64,000 bases of DNA from Sphagnum compactum (lineage: Eukaryota). The DNA lies in contig OZ234493.1 of the NCBI GenBank assembly GCA_965153455.1, positions 1,302,001 through 1,366,000 of the forward strand, read 5' to 3'. This document shows positions 39,401-52,400 of this stretch, in pieces; position 1 is the stretch's first letter; every line of letters begins with the position of its first letter. The notes below the pieces were generated by a model. It saw only the letters and a program-made list of their open reading frames with translations. It had not been told where the DNA came from and did no database searches. The translations under genes and the position numbers were made by a program.

Positions 39401-42400
39401 ATATGTTAAATTGTACGGTTCAATTTCTTTTGTTTTCATGAATAGCACGTTTTTACATGGACCAATAGTCAAATAATGATCAAACATGACATTTTCACTA
39501 ACATTTTCAGCAGTTGTTTGCAAAAAAAATTAATTTAATCAAGAATTTATAATTTGGCATCAAGATTTTAATTCTAACAGTTTCAACATAAAAAGAATAT
39601 ATTTAATAAAATGACCATTTAAACCGTACGCATTTTTTTCGTGAAACATGATTAGCCTTTAGATGAATTTTTTATTCTTTGAAAATTCTAAATAAAAGAA
39701 ATAATCCTCTTTGATATTTTTTTGAATATTTACGAAGGTTGAATGAAACCCAGCAAAGAATCTTATCATACTTTTGTTTTTTTACATTTCTTTTGTATAT
39801 TCCTAAGTAGCTATACATTTTGCTAAACATAAATAAGGGATTTGAAAATTTGGGTCTTTTTTTAAATTTCTGAATAAAACAATTCAAATGAATATCAGTT
39901 GAGATTATGTCACAAAAAATGTTGGAGGTTCAAATTATTGAATCATAGCAAAAAATATTTTGTGAAAAAAATTGAAAGTCTCAAGAGATATTCTTATATG
40001 TCATAATAATTCCTTTGTAATTTAAATCATATTTTTAAAATTTATCCAAATTTACATAATTATTTAGTACATCTTTAGTTGGGAGGACGCAACCCAATAA
40101 TTTTTTTAATTATTTTTTCAAAAACACATTGATAAAGAAATTGTCATATAACATTCATGGTAACAATTTTTGCACTAAATTTAAATTGTTGGAGCATTAA
40201 CAATACTTCCATGGATATCATATTGTCCATACCCTTTCAATTGGAAAATTTGTGTAAATGCAAGGCGTGACACAATGAAAGATTGTTTTATTTTGTTGAA
40301 CATGGAAACAAATTTCATATAAGATTTATCATTGATAAGACTAGAAAGATCTATATTATTTAATAATTTGTGAAAATCAATATTCTTTCCACATTTGCAA
40401 ATGATTTTTGAAGTCTATAATTTTTATGATTTCTAAAAAAGTTTCAACGTATGATTTAGATGCATGACAAATTTAAAATGCAAAACACAATCTTCCACAA
40501 CAATGACATATGTATTTAACAATATCTTCCATATCTTTTTTATATTTCAAAATATGTTTGTCATCAAATGGATTTAAATTCTAATTTTGTCAAAAAATCA
40601 TGTGCTTGGATCTTTGAGATGTGTTTGCATTTAAAAATTCACTATGTTGTCATTTTTAACATCTTTAATGATATAAGGACTTTTATCAATATTATTTTAT
40701 TATTTGGCAATAAATGTTTCATTCTATTTTTTTTGCATGAACAAAAAAACTTTGCATCATTTTTTGACATTGGTTTGTTTTCTTCTTTCAAAACATTACT
40801 ATTTTTGTTTTGTTTCCACTAAAGGCATTTCGTATATGGTTTTAAGATTTTGATACCCTTAAATTAAATATGGATGATTTTAATTAATTTTAATGAAATC
40901 CTTTTGAGTGTCCATGTAAATTCATTAATTTTAGTAAAAATTCAATTAATGAATATTTCCCCCCCGCCCCCCCCCCCCCCCCCCCCAAATATTTACTTTG
41001 AACTTCACATTGTTCTTTCTTGAAATTCATCAAATTTTTTGAAATTTCATTGTAATTTATTAGCAAGCCAAAATGATTATTATTATATACCAAATATAAA
41101 ATTGCGATTCGACATTCATGTCCTACTATTACCATTACTTGACCATTACTTATGTTTCAAACATGAATAGGATGTTACGGATATTGTGACATCTCCACCC
41201 CATATAGTTGGCATCAACATTGGTGTAATGTACATGTCTCTTCATCATTTGCTCACCCATGATGTGAATCATGTGAGAAATTCAAAGGTTAAGTCATGTC
41301 TATGACATAAGGCTTTTGAATGTGCCAACATTTAAACAATCTCGCAAATAGAACATACATATTTTTCCAAATATTAATTGACGATTCTAAATATTTAAAC
41401 AAGCATGCAATTGCGACCAACAAACAATTCATCTTCATTATAATAGAAATTTTCTACTAATTTTAGACCAACTTTTGCCAGTTCAACATTTAAATTTGCT
41501 CTTTTTTTCCCTTAACCTTATAATAATTTTGTTTAATCAAGCATTAGATTATACGACTAAGTTGTTACATTAGGTTGGAACGAACAAGGCTAGTAGGGTT
41601 AAACTAGGTTGTGAGTTAAGTTAGATTGGATTACCAAACAAATCCTTGGCCTAAGTGGGGCGAGAAAATAGTACCCAAATGGCCTAAAAAAAATTTTATC
41701 TCACGAACAAAACACAAAATATAATTTTGCTTGTGTGTCGGTGATTAAGAAAACCGAATGCAAGGTTTTTGTGACTAGTTTGGGTTAGGGTTTAGGGATT
41801 AGGGTTTAGGGTTTTAGTGATGGGTATGTGTTTGCACAGACCCCGTGAACCAGCACCCAGCAGTGCACCATGAAGGATGAATGATTAAATGATCAGGAAA
41901 CAGTTTTCTGTTGGGTTTCAGTTCCCAAGCTAACCATGGTGGTTAGCTCAGTTGCCTTTTTTTTTTTTTTTTTTCTACCTACCTACTAACAACCCACAAG
42001 CAGGTCGTTACTAAGTAGGTAGTAAAAACCAGCTCTTACATATGTATAAACCATCTATATACCTAGTAATTACCTATTTTTCTACCTACCTACCTACCTA
42101 TGTATGAGACCTATATATTTCCTACAGAATTGGTTAACCAAGGTGAAACCAAATCTTAACTCAGTTGAGGGTTCATCCACAACTGCGTAATAAGGGGGCC
42201 ATCCAGTGGAAAATGAAAAGATTAGGGTTTAGAAAAAAATTCTGATGCTATGAAAATTGTATCTAAATTTTGACAATGAATGATTTATGGATGATATCAA
42301 TAATTGTTTTTTTTTTGGTACAAATATTTAGAAATATTAATTGTTAAACAAAAAAAATTTCAAAAGTGGTGAATTATAAGTTATTATTAACATAATTTGT

Positions 42401-42771
42401 ATGTTTAATACAGGTAATTTTTTTAAATTTTATGTATTTAGAATACACGAAAGGCAAATGAACGAATGAAGTATTGGAGGAGGTCATCCATGTAAAAATG
42501 AAAATGAGACAACTTCAATCAAGGCAGGTAGTCAGATGAGAACCCAATTTAATAAATTCAAAGTAATAAATTCAATACAACTTTTTTTTAAAATTTTTTT
42601 TGGCTCTTGGATTATGCTGTGCATTTTGGTTAGACTAATCCAAGAGCCAAAAGTTGTTTTTAAAAAAAGTTTTATTGAATTTATTCTTATATGTAGAAAA
42701 TTTTGGGATTTTTCGTCATTAATTTTTAATGTAAAAAAATTAAATTAGTCACATCTAGACCTAGGCACTTC
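36477..42771. mobile_element. Decayed ~6.3-kb TIR DNA transposon (possibly PIF/Harbinger)
   Basis: 31-bp inverted termini gaagtgcctaggtctagatgtggctaattta (36477) and taaattagtcacatctagacctaggcacttc (ends 42771), one mismatch. Flanks are taa / caa. Interior is very AT-rich with no intact ORF. Confidence 0.6.
37743..38433. mobile_element. hAT-type non-autonomous element (691 bp) nested in the larger TIR element
   Basis: TIRs tagtgttgggcggatatc / gatatccacccaacacgg; perfect 8-bp TSD GTAGGAAC at 37735-37742 and 38434-38441; many subterminal GATATC motifs. Confidence 0.88.
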
Positions 42772-43439
42772 CAAGGTTGTCAATTGTACCACCAGCACTT
42801 TTGTAAAAATGCAACTACAGCTCACCCATGACAGTCGCCATTTAATGCAGGGGATCCTCACCAGTGGATCTACTTAAGAAATTTGAATAAAAAACCCTAG
42901 TACCCACCAGTGCACATCATCCATTGGAAACCCAAATGTTATGACTCAGTTTTGGATGAAACGCAATTGAGTTGCCAAGGTTTAGGGTTTAGGAGGGTTA
43001 ACTAACACTTCTTTTCCCCCCCTCCTCCCGCCCCCCTTCACACTACCTAAGTGACTTCCAACTTGCCCTAAGTAAGTGGGTAAGTATCATAGGGAAGTAA
43101 GTAGGCAGGGAGTGCAATTGGTGGTTGTATAAGTGGGTGAGGCACTTGGTGGCTAGAAGATGGGTAGATGCATTTGGATAGTTAGTAGAAAGCTAACCAT
43201 TGTGGTTAGGTAAGGGACACAAATACAATGAAAAAGTGTTTCCTATCCACACACCATCTATCTTGCACCGTATGAATGAGGGTTGGTGTTCATTTTCTCT
43301 GTCCAGGAATTTAAGCTTTTTAGTTCTCACCCACAATTCCTTCTCGCAGTTGTAGTTAGAGGGGGGCACACGCAGCCTTCTTAAGGGCCTCTTAGTCCAG
43401 ACCACTTGAAACAAAATCCAAGAATATCCAAAGAAAGAG

Positions 43440-43935
43440 GGGTAAATTTGGTGTGAAATGGCTTCTTCTTGATCTGGCCCTAAAAGACTCTATATAACAA
43501 AAGTTGGGTTTACCCCTCCAACTGGGACCATGTTGTTGTTTTTTGGGCATTAAATGGATCCTTAATCTGGCCCTAAGGGACCCTACATAACAAAAGAGGG
43601 GTGTATCCATCTATCTAACTGGGACCCTGTTGTTTTTTGGGTGTGAAACGGCCTCTTTCTTGATCTGGTCCTAAGAGACCGTATATAGTAAGAGAGGGGT
43701 GTACCCATCTAGCTGGGACCATGTAGTTGTTTTTTGATGTTAAATGGCTCCTTTCTCGATCTGGTCCTAAGGGACCACATATAACAAGAGAGGGGTGTAC
43801 CCATCTAACTTGGACCATGTTGTTGTTTTTCGGCGTTAAATGGATCCTTTCCTGATCTGAGCCTCAGAGAAGAGACCGCATATAACAAAAGAGAGTGGTA
43901 CCCATCTAACTGGGACCATCATGTTGTTGTTGTTT
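43440..43935 (+). repeat. ~96-bp tandem repeat x5
   Basis: Unit gatctggccctaagggacc.catataacaagagaggggtgtacccatctaactgggaccatgttgttgtttt recurs near 43471, 43565, 43662, 43758 and 43854. Confidence 0.85.
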
Positions 43936-44459
43936 TAAAAAAGAAAAAGTCTGACAAGCTACCTAATAATGCCTTGTACACATCTTTCTTGATCTAGTTG
44001 CTTGCTCTCCTGGTCCCAGTGCTTTACTTTTTGAGCTTTGTGATGTAGACTAAGTGGCAATCATCTACCTATATAACAAGGGGTCTGTCACTCTTTTTGG
44101 CCTTGCCATTTACAATCAAAAGTATCTTAGATCATGTATTTAGTTGATTTTGGACTTTTGACAAGTTTAGAATTAACAAGTGATCATTTTGAAGATTAAA
44201 AATTTGAAGAGAAACTTTGATTTGGCAATCACCATGTGATGTAATAATATATATTAATAATGTTTTGTCTCATTAATGTTTTAACAATAAATGTTTTCAA
44301 TGTTTTGGCTCAAATTCAATAGAAAACTTAATTTTAACAACCAAATTAAAAAAGTTCAAAATTAACAATTAAATCCAAAATTAATTAAATACATGTTTTT
44401 TTAATTATTTTTTTAATGAAAAGTCAAATATTTCACCATGCAAATATTATGTTCAAAAG

Positions 44460-44661
44460 ATCCGCTAAAAGAAACCAAAATCCTTCAAGATATTACAACT
44501 CTGTAACTAATCTCAAGTTCCAGCACAAACCAAAATATCATGGTTCAAAAATCCTCATATAAAAATAAACCTATAACATAGGGGGCCAATATCTCTTAAG
44601 CTACTATACTCTATAATGAATCTAAACACAATATTCTTACCTTGGTAAGCAAGGCCAACAA
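44460..44661 (+). repeat. Dispersed ~200-bp repeat, copy 2 (copy 1 at 8888-9112)
   Basis: atccgctaaaagaaaccaaaatccttcaagatattac...ccttggtaagcaaggccaacaa. Confidence 0.75.
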
Positions 44662-47600
44662 ATTGGAGCAAACAATATCCCTCATTTACAACAATAGAAG
44701 CATCCTTTTTCAATATTGACTGCCTCATTTAGAAAACAAAAAGGCTAATTTCTTTGTGAAAAATATTTCAAATTTTAGCAACCAAAAAAGTTCAAAATCA
44801 GTGAATTTTAGCACTTTGAATTTTAAAACTTGTCATAGTGTAAAATTTTGCACCAGAAAACAACCACTGGCTGGTGCTCCATTTCTTTAGCACTTCATCT
44901 ACTTCCTTGTAAGCCTCACCTGGTCTGTATCAGAATCATAATTTTGGACATTCATAGGATTCCTGTTCATAGGATTCATACAATGACAAATTGAGGGTTG
45001 GGATTCAGGGTAAGGGTGAACACTAACATTGTTCACTGACATTTTCCACTGCTCCAACAATAAGCAGGTTTGGTTAGAAGCTGGAAAGAGTTGGATGGGT
45101 ATTGGAGCTTTGGTGGATCTAGTTTGGATTGCAGCTTCAGGTCCATGTTTTAGTTGGGGATCAAGCAAATCATACGTTTATGGTTAGTGATTGCATTCCA
45201 TTATAGTAGGCAATCTTTCTGGTTTATTGAAAGCTGTGAGTATTGTATGTTACAGTATTTTATATTTTTTGACTCACCTTGGTGGTGTTTCCAGAGTTGG
45301 AATGTAGGTGGGGAAATTTTGGTGGTGTTTGTCCATAGTGTTAGGTTAAGTATGGAGTGTCTGTTGACAAGTAGGTTCATTAGAGTTAGCAAAGAGAGAT
45401 GTTATGCATTACTAAACGGATGCTCAACAGTAAAGAACTAACAAAGTTGCTCATATAATAACATGAACCAAAGATCAGGATTCGAGGACACCTAAGAGGA
45501 CAAAGTCCCAAACACCAAAAAAAACTAAAACCTTGTTCACATTGAACTGGGTTTCAACAACAAATAACTACACACACAAAATAAAACACTAATATTTTGC
45601 AATGAACACCTAATAGGGATTCTATGTCTAAGAGATGTCGTGTTGATCTCTTCTTCAGTTCAACATTGTGAACTATCAGCCTGACCTGACCTGTAAACAA
45701 GAAGAAACAATTTATGTCAGGTCAGGCTTTGCTTTTCTCCACCATCCCATGCTATGCTTACTAGTCTTTTATCTTTTAAAAAAATCTGCCAACAAACTGG
45801 TCCTTCTGCATTTTCCAAGTACATATCATCAGCTTCTGTGATTTTTTGCATTTGTTTTGAACATATTTTTGGAGGTGATGGAAAACAAAAGAGCATGTTT
45901 TACATCAAAGTATTTGGCAAAACAACTCATATCAACTCCAAAATCTACTCCAAGTAAGGTTATCGCTTTACCTTGACTTTTACTTTAGCATGGTAGTTTG
46001 CTTTGCAAAGTTGAAGAATGAGTACTAAACTACCATGCTAATGTAAAAGTGCAAAGTGGGCATTGCTCATTCTTCAACTTTTCTTAGGTCCTTGGTGCCA
46101 TATAGTGAAGTGCACAGCTGAAGCCTAAGAGTACTTAATAGTGTACTTTGAAAGACTTTTGGGCTTGTACCCAACTGTCTTGCTGGTGGTCTTTATACCC
46201 TTTCATGTGTTGTATTTCACAGAAAGTCATCAACAAGCCCAAGTACATGAATGACATGGTCATCAATTCGAGTCAGTCACAAACAGGCAGGGTGGAGCTT
46301 GTACCTACAAAACTTCATCAATGATAGAAAACTTGGGTGGTCAAATTATCCATTCATCCATTCATGCATTCCATTAGTCATTCATACATTTGTGCCTGAC
46401 GGTGTGAGTGGGTTGATTTGTTTTAATATTGGTTAATTAACTTGTTTCAAATTTTCTCCTCAATGAGAATTCACATGGTAATTAACTCCTAGGCCTATCG
46501 AGGTTGTCCCAACTATGGTCAAATGGATAAAATAAAAAGAGGCTCTCGGGTTGTGTTTAGGCAGCCTTTAGTTCATCAGTTCGTGTCAAGGATGTTCATT
46601 CACTTCCTTGTTCTTTTCTCTTTCTCTGCTTTGTTAGTTCTAGATCCATGGTAGGTTAAGCAAGATGTTGAGATAGATTCCTACTGACCTGGCTAAACAT
46701 TGAGCTGATGAAATCAAAACTCAACTAGGGAGTGAAAATAAATAAATACTTCGGTTGATGAACATGAGAGAAACAAAATATTAACCTAAAGCTCCACAAA
46801 ATGAATACCCTTGAAGATTACAAGGGCAAAGTAGAATGAGGAACAGAATCATGAAATCCTGGCAGGACTTATTAAAAGGATGAAGCTAGTGGGCAGCCCC
46901 AGCTACTAGTACACACCTTGGTACTAACAAGTCAGCCAAAGTCACCTCTGTGTGAAAGATGGGTTGGGCTGGCAATGGCTGCTAGCATTAAGTAACACTC
47001 CACACCAACTGTACAAACAGCAAACCATGCCCATCTCAGTTGATCAACTTTGCCAGACTCTGCACAGGACACTACCTATGCAGAGATGTTGTAAGACCCA
47101 AACAGAAAAGGCGTGTTGCAAAGTCATTGTGCTTTTTCTTCATTGTTTCCCAAATTTTATGGGATAAGAAACAGAGCTTTACTTGTCTCTAGCATGCAAG
47201 CTTTCTTTTTTACAAAATTAAAATTAAAATTATTAATTTTTAAATAAATTTTTAAAGAATGTAGTTGACATAGGTGGGCACTTTCATTGGTTGTACAATG
47301 CTAGTAATTAGAAAATTTTCAGTTTTGGGTATGCATAGGTTTCTACTGGATCTGGTGTCAAACCAGACCTGCCTGGGAATTTATTTTTTCCAAAACCCAT
47401 GAACCAAGAGTCTTGAAGAAAATTTAAGAACCAGGTTTGGAACTAGACCAGAGTTTCTATGGGATTAAAAAGATCCTTGAACCAGTACCAAGGGCTCTTT
47501 CAGATTAAAGAAAAAAGTTGGAACTAGGACTAAAGGTCCTCTTGTTGAAATATAAGAACTGGACAACATTGATATTGAAACTGATATAAAATTGGTACAA

Positions 47601-47874
47601 AGCTGATATTGCCTTGGGTGATAAGTCCCTATCAGCATTGCTCTAATATATAGGGTTTTGATGAACTCGGGTATGCACCTTGATATGTAAAACTGGAATC
47701 AATTGGTATGATTTTATGAAAACCCTAAGGCATACCTGAGGTTGACGTTTGCCTTGCCTCCATGGACACTACCATTGCACTTACCCATACCCATAGTTTT
47801 TCTCTTTTGAGATATTCTTATGCATATATGTTCTGTGAAAAATCTCTAAACCCCTCTCTAGTTGCATCCCCCTA

Positions 47875-48186
47875 TGTCATGCCCGTATGCACGGCCTCAT
47901 ACATGATGGTCAGCTACGGGCATGCCCATCATGTCTTTTGAGGGTTAATGTACGTTTGTAGGGTTAATGTGCGCTCATAAGTGACTGTACGCTATTAGGT
48001 ATTTAGGGTTTCAGCTTTGGTGGCTGTATAAAAGGGCCAAGCTCTACCCTTCTCCTTTAGTTTTTCTAGAATTCCTTTGTCAGGTGATTTCTCCATCATA
48101 AGCTAGGATTTCTAGATGCTCACGGCGGCCATTGCACGACCACCGTCTACATACATTTCATTTCTTTCTTGCTTTGCATTTACAAT
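47875..48186 (+). repeat. Terminal repeat A1 (312 bp)
   Basis: Matches 57038-57349 and 57527-57838 apart from three G/A differences seen by eye. Confidence 0.95.
48027..48033 (+). promoter_or_regulatory. Probable TATA box of the retrotransposon promoter
   Basis: TATAAAA within repeat A, 32 nt upstream of the predicted transcript start at 48059. Confidence 0.65.
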
Positions 48187-48198
48187 TCTAGAAAAACT
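48187..48198 (+). other. Putative self-priming primer-binding site
   Basis: tctagaaaaact lies immediately after A1 and is the exact reverse complement of agtttttctaga at 48059-48070; no TGG-type tRNA PBS is present. Confidence 0.75.
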
Positions 48199-48469
48199 CT
48201 ATTCCCTGTTGCTTCATGTTGAAAGCAACAGATTTCTTGTGCTTTTGAAATTCTTGAGTTGTTGCTACTCGTGTTGTTGCTGCCGGAAGGAGCGCGTTAC
48301 TACTGTTGCTACTGGTGTTGTTGGAGGGAGCTTTGCATTTCTTACAACCAACCAAGCAGGGACAAACGAAGTCAGGACATTAGAGATCAGGTGTCAAAAC
48401 TTCTCTCTTTCTCCCATTCTTTTTCTCTCTTCAAGTTGTCGAAAAAAAAAAAAAAAAAAAAACAAGAAT

Positions 48470-49235
48470 CGCGGCGGCGGCCGCTTGCCATCGCTGTAGA
48501 GCAGCGTAGCGCCGCCTGCCATCACTGCGCAGCAGCGAGCTCTAGCGCCGCAGGGCGTTGCGTTCCGCCGTTGCCGCAAGCTGCAACGTCGTAGCGCTGC
48601 AGCAGCACCGCCGTCGCAACAGCGCTGCATCAGCGCTCGCAGCAGCACCGCCGCAGCAAGAGCGCCGCGGCAGCACCGCCGTCGCAACAGCGCTGCACCA
48701 GCGCTCGCAGTAGCACCGCCGCAGCAAGAGCGCCGCGGCAGCACCGCCGCAGCGCCATCGCTGCACTAGCATTGCAGTGCCATCGCTGCCGTAGCGCTGC
48801 AGCGCCATCGCTGCAGCAGCGCCACAGCAACAGCGCCGCAGCGCCATCGCTGCAGCAACAATGCAGTGCCGCGGCAACATTCCAGCAGCGTCGCAACGTT
48901 GCGAGCTGCAACGCCATCGCTGCGACCTTGGTCCGTCCGACTTCCGTCGACGGTCGTCGGACTGTCCTGCGTCACTGCTGACGTCATCGTGCTGCCGTCC
49001 TGCCTGCGTCACTGCTGACGTCATCGTATTGTCATCCTGCTTGCGTCACTGCTGACGTCACCGTACTGCCGTCCTGCGTCACTGCTGACGTCATCGTGTT
49101 GCCGTCCTGCGTCCTGCCTACGTCATTGCTGACATCACCGTCCTGCCCGTCCTGCGCTTTGCCGTCCTACGTCCTGCCTACGTCACTGTTGACATCACCG
49201 TACTGCCGTCCTGCGTCCTACGTACTACTGTACTG
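48470..49235 (+). repeat. GC/CpG-rich tandem repeat arrays in the retrotransposon 5' leader
   Basis: gcagcaccgccg / agcgccatcgctgca units at about 48540-48925, then gtcactgctgacgtcatcgt units at about 48970-49200. Confidence 0.85.
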
Positions 49236-49422
49236 CAGTCCTGTTTCCTGTGTTCTTCGCACTGTGGTCGTGCATTGTGTGGTCTTGTGTCTTGTAGCTT
49301 ATCTTGCTGCATTCTGCCATATTATCGTCCTGCAATTAGGGATATTCAAACCATACATTGTGTTAGAATTTTGTAATTGAAGGATTATATTAGTACAAAA
49401 TTTTGGGGCATGGGACAACACC

Positions 49423-52400
49423 ATGTCCTCGGATGATGAAAGTAGCATTACTCATCCAGAGCCAAGGTATCAATTACGAAGTAACACACAACCCTTTGAA
49501 CCAATATCTTTGAGTTCACGATCCTCACGACGATACCACCAAGCATCCACAGCACCATCATCATCTAGTACAAGTCCTATTAAGAATTCAGGTTTGGGTT
49601 ACACTACATCAACAACACACCAGAGCCCATTTGGAGGGGTTAATCAGTGGGCTACACCTATTACTGCACCTGCTTTCACACCATCACCATATACTCCGTT
49701 GCAAGCTGTGACTTCAACACCCATATACACCATGGAGGTCAGCAGTTCCTCTGGGAGAATAGAGAAGTTCAGCGGAAGGCCAGGTACTATTTCGTTGAGG
49801 GAGTTCAAGGCAACTTTCTCAACAGTCTGTGAGTTGGAGCTGAAGTATGGTGCTAATTACACCGAAGCGTTTGCATTTAAGCAATTGGCCCGTTATGTGC
49901 ATTATGAGGCATTGGATGTCTACGAGCAACATTCTGCAAGGATTTTGGGTGTCACCCAAGCCCCCAATCCAGCTTACGCCATAGCCATCGCCACCGCCTC
50001 TCAAGCTGCAATTGCACATCACGGGACTGTGCCGAATAATCCAGACCCGGTACCTACCTCGGTAAACCTCTCTCCTTAAAAACTCATTGCTGCTACTGCA
50101 AACATTCCTCCCACCATTGATGCGCCAGCTTTTGTTGATCCAGTGGGGGAATTCTTTCGAATTCTTTAGCTGGAATTTCCAGTCAAAAGTTCTGAAAAAA
50201 TTCTGCAGCTCGCCACCTTCTCTCGGCAGAAGGATGAAACCCTCAAGATGCTTTACAGGAGGCTTCTCAAACTCAAAGAGGATACCCAGAGCATCACCGA
50301 CTTGGAAGCTGCCCATCGGTATCTTTGTTCTTTGGAAGGTACTCCAACACTCCACGCACAGGTTTTGCAACGAATCTTTGCAGAATTTGGAGACTCGTAC
50401 ACGTTGCTGGATGTGTACAACATTTCCGAAAAGCTAGAACTGGCTCATGCACATTATGAGGCCAGTACTATGAGGCCTCCATCACGTTCAAGGCCTCAAC
50501 CTACAACAGCTGCACCAACTAGATCATCACATTCTTCTTCAAGGACTAAAGCGGTGCACTCGGCTACACCCATCCTACCTTCTTGCAACTACTGTGGCAA
50601 TCCTGCCCACAAAGCTAGTGAGTGCAACATTCCTTCCGAGGATCTCTTTTGTGATTATTGTGGGAAAGAGGGACATCATGAATCTGTCTGTTTTGCCAAG
50701 TTCCCAGAGCGGAAGCAACTCCGGTTACAACGGCAAAATCTGCCAGCATCTTCCACTATCCCTCAACCAAAAGCCAAGGCACCTCAGCATTCCACTCAGG
50801 CTTTGCCCACCAAGGGTAATTCCAACAAGAATGCTAAGAAGAAGGAGCACAATGCTGATAAGAGGGAGGTGCTTCAAGCCCATGCAATTCAAGTTCAGAC
50901 TTTACAAAATGAACTCGAATCATTGAGGGCTCAACTTGCGAATCTAAAAGGCAAGTCCTCCCAATCAGCTAGTCATGCCCAACCTGTACAAGGTTCAGGA
51001 TCACGCGAGGGACCTCCTAGGTCGTTCTATGGCCTTCCACACGATGCAATGGTTGGGGAGTATGTTCTTTCCACTCCACACAATTCTAGTCTCACACCAG
51101 AATTGGCTACTTCTTTTTGCCCTTCCTTTGTCGCAGCACAAGAAGCTAGTGTGGCACCCAGAGTTTCTGCCACTAGGCAGGTAATTCAGACTGATGGACT
51201 CGCATCTGGTTCAAGTCCTATTACCAGGGCTAGAGGAGCTCGAGCAGTCATGCCACAATCTTTTCGTCCTCTCAACATGGAAGAAGAAGGCACCTTGTTG
51301 GCGAGGGGGGAGGAGACTACTACACCACAAGTTGTTAGGGCATCAAATTCTCATGTCCCAGGAGTACATGTACATCAGGAAAACACACAATTTTCCACTG
51401 ATCAGCTTATGGAATGCCAACTTCAAATGCATGAAGTGGCGCAAAAGCTTGTGAGTACACCATTGTTTAGTTTTCAAGATTTGAAGCTAAGCACCAGGGA
51501 CATAATTGCAATCTTAGAGGATACCTTGAACACTACATCAAGTCCTCTACCAACCCCTAATCCACATGCTACAGAGGTCCCATCCAACACCTTGGAGAGA
51601 CATTCGATTGGTTCACGTGTTGCAGATGGCGTTCGTAATCTAGTCACTAGTTCTGGCATGGCTAAACTAGTGAGCTTTCCTACCTCTGATGCTACATTCA
51701 CATATCAGAAGGGAGTTAAGAACACCTCACTTGTGGATTTGTTACTCAGCAAAGGCGTTGTGGATAGCCATTCTCTCCACAAAGTCTCTCATTCATTTCC
51801 GAAGGTGGTGCCTAGTGAGAGAACTTCCATCGCCACCGGAGTTGCCATTGTCGACAATACTAAGTCAGCAATCCAGGTGGGAGGACATACACCCAGAGTG
51901 GTTCTTCTTGATACAGGTGCCCAACCAGTGATTCTTGGAGTTCAATTCGCCAAGAAGATGGGCATGTTCGACTCCAAACTACGAAAATCTATGTGGCACA
52001 TTCGCACCGCTAGTGGGAGCGTAGAGGAGGTACTTGGGGAGAGCTCGGATTTTATTGCACTTAATTTCAATGAAGGTACAGATCAGGAGCTTTGCTTACA
52101 GGTCAGATGTTTAGTCACCAATGCCACAAGTTATGATGTGCTCATTGGGCAAGAGGCCCTGTTTCCACCAGGTTTTACAATTGACAATTGGTTCGAACAT
52201 GCGTACTACCGAGTGGATTGGGAGACTGATGGCCACCACCTGGGATACATACCCCTTGATTTACATGGGAACCATAGTCCTATGGCTCACCATTGTATGC
52301 TCAAGGAAGCACACACCATTTCCTACATCCAACAAGCTAGCCACGAATGGATAGAGGGAGATGAAGAGGAGATAGCTTACGCTCAAGCTACTGAAAGCTT

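Noticed and set aside
45679-45728. Small hairpin gcctgacctgac...gtcaggtcaggc
   Set aside because: Short stem built on a CTGAC repeat; not enough to call a miRNA or an element.
48116-49380. Several overlapping Ala/Arg/Cys-rich ORFs on both strands
   Set aside because: By-products of GC-rich tandem repeats in the retrotransposon leader, with no recognisable domain.
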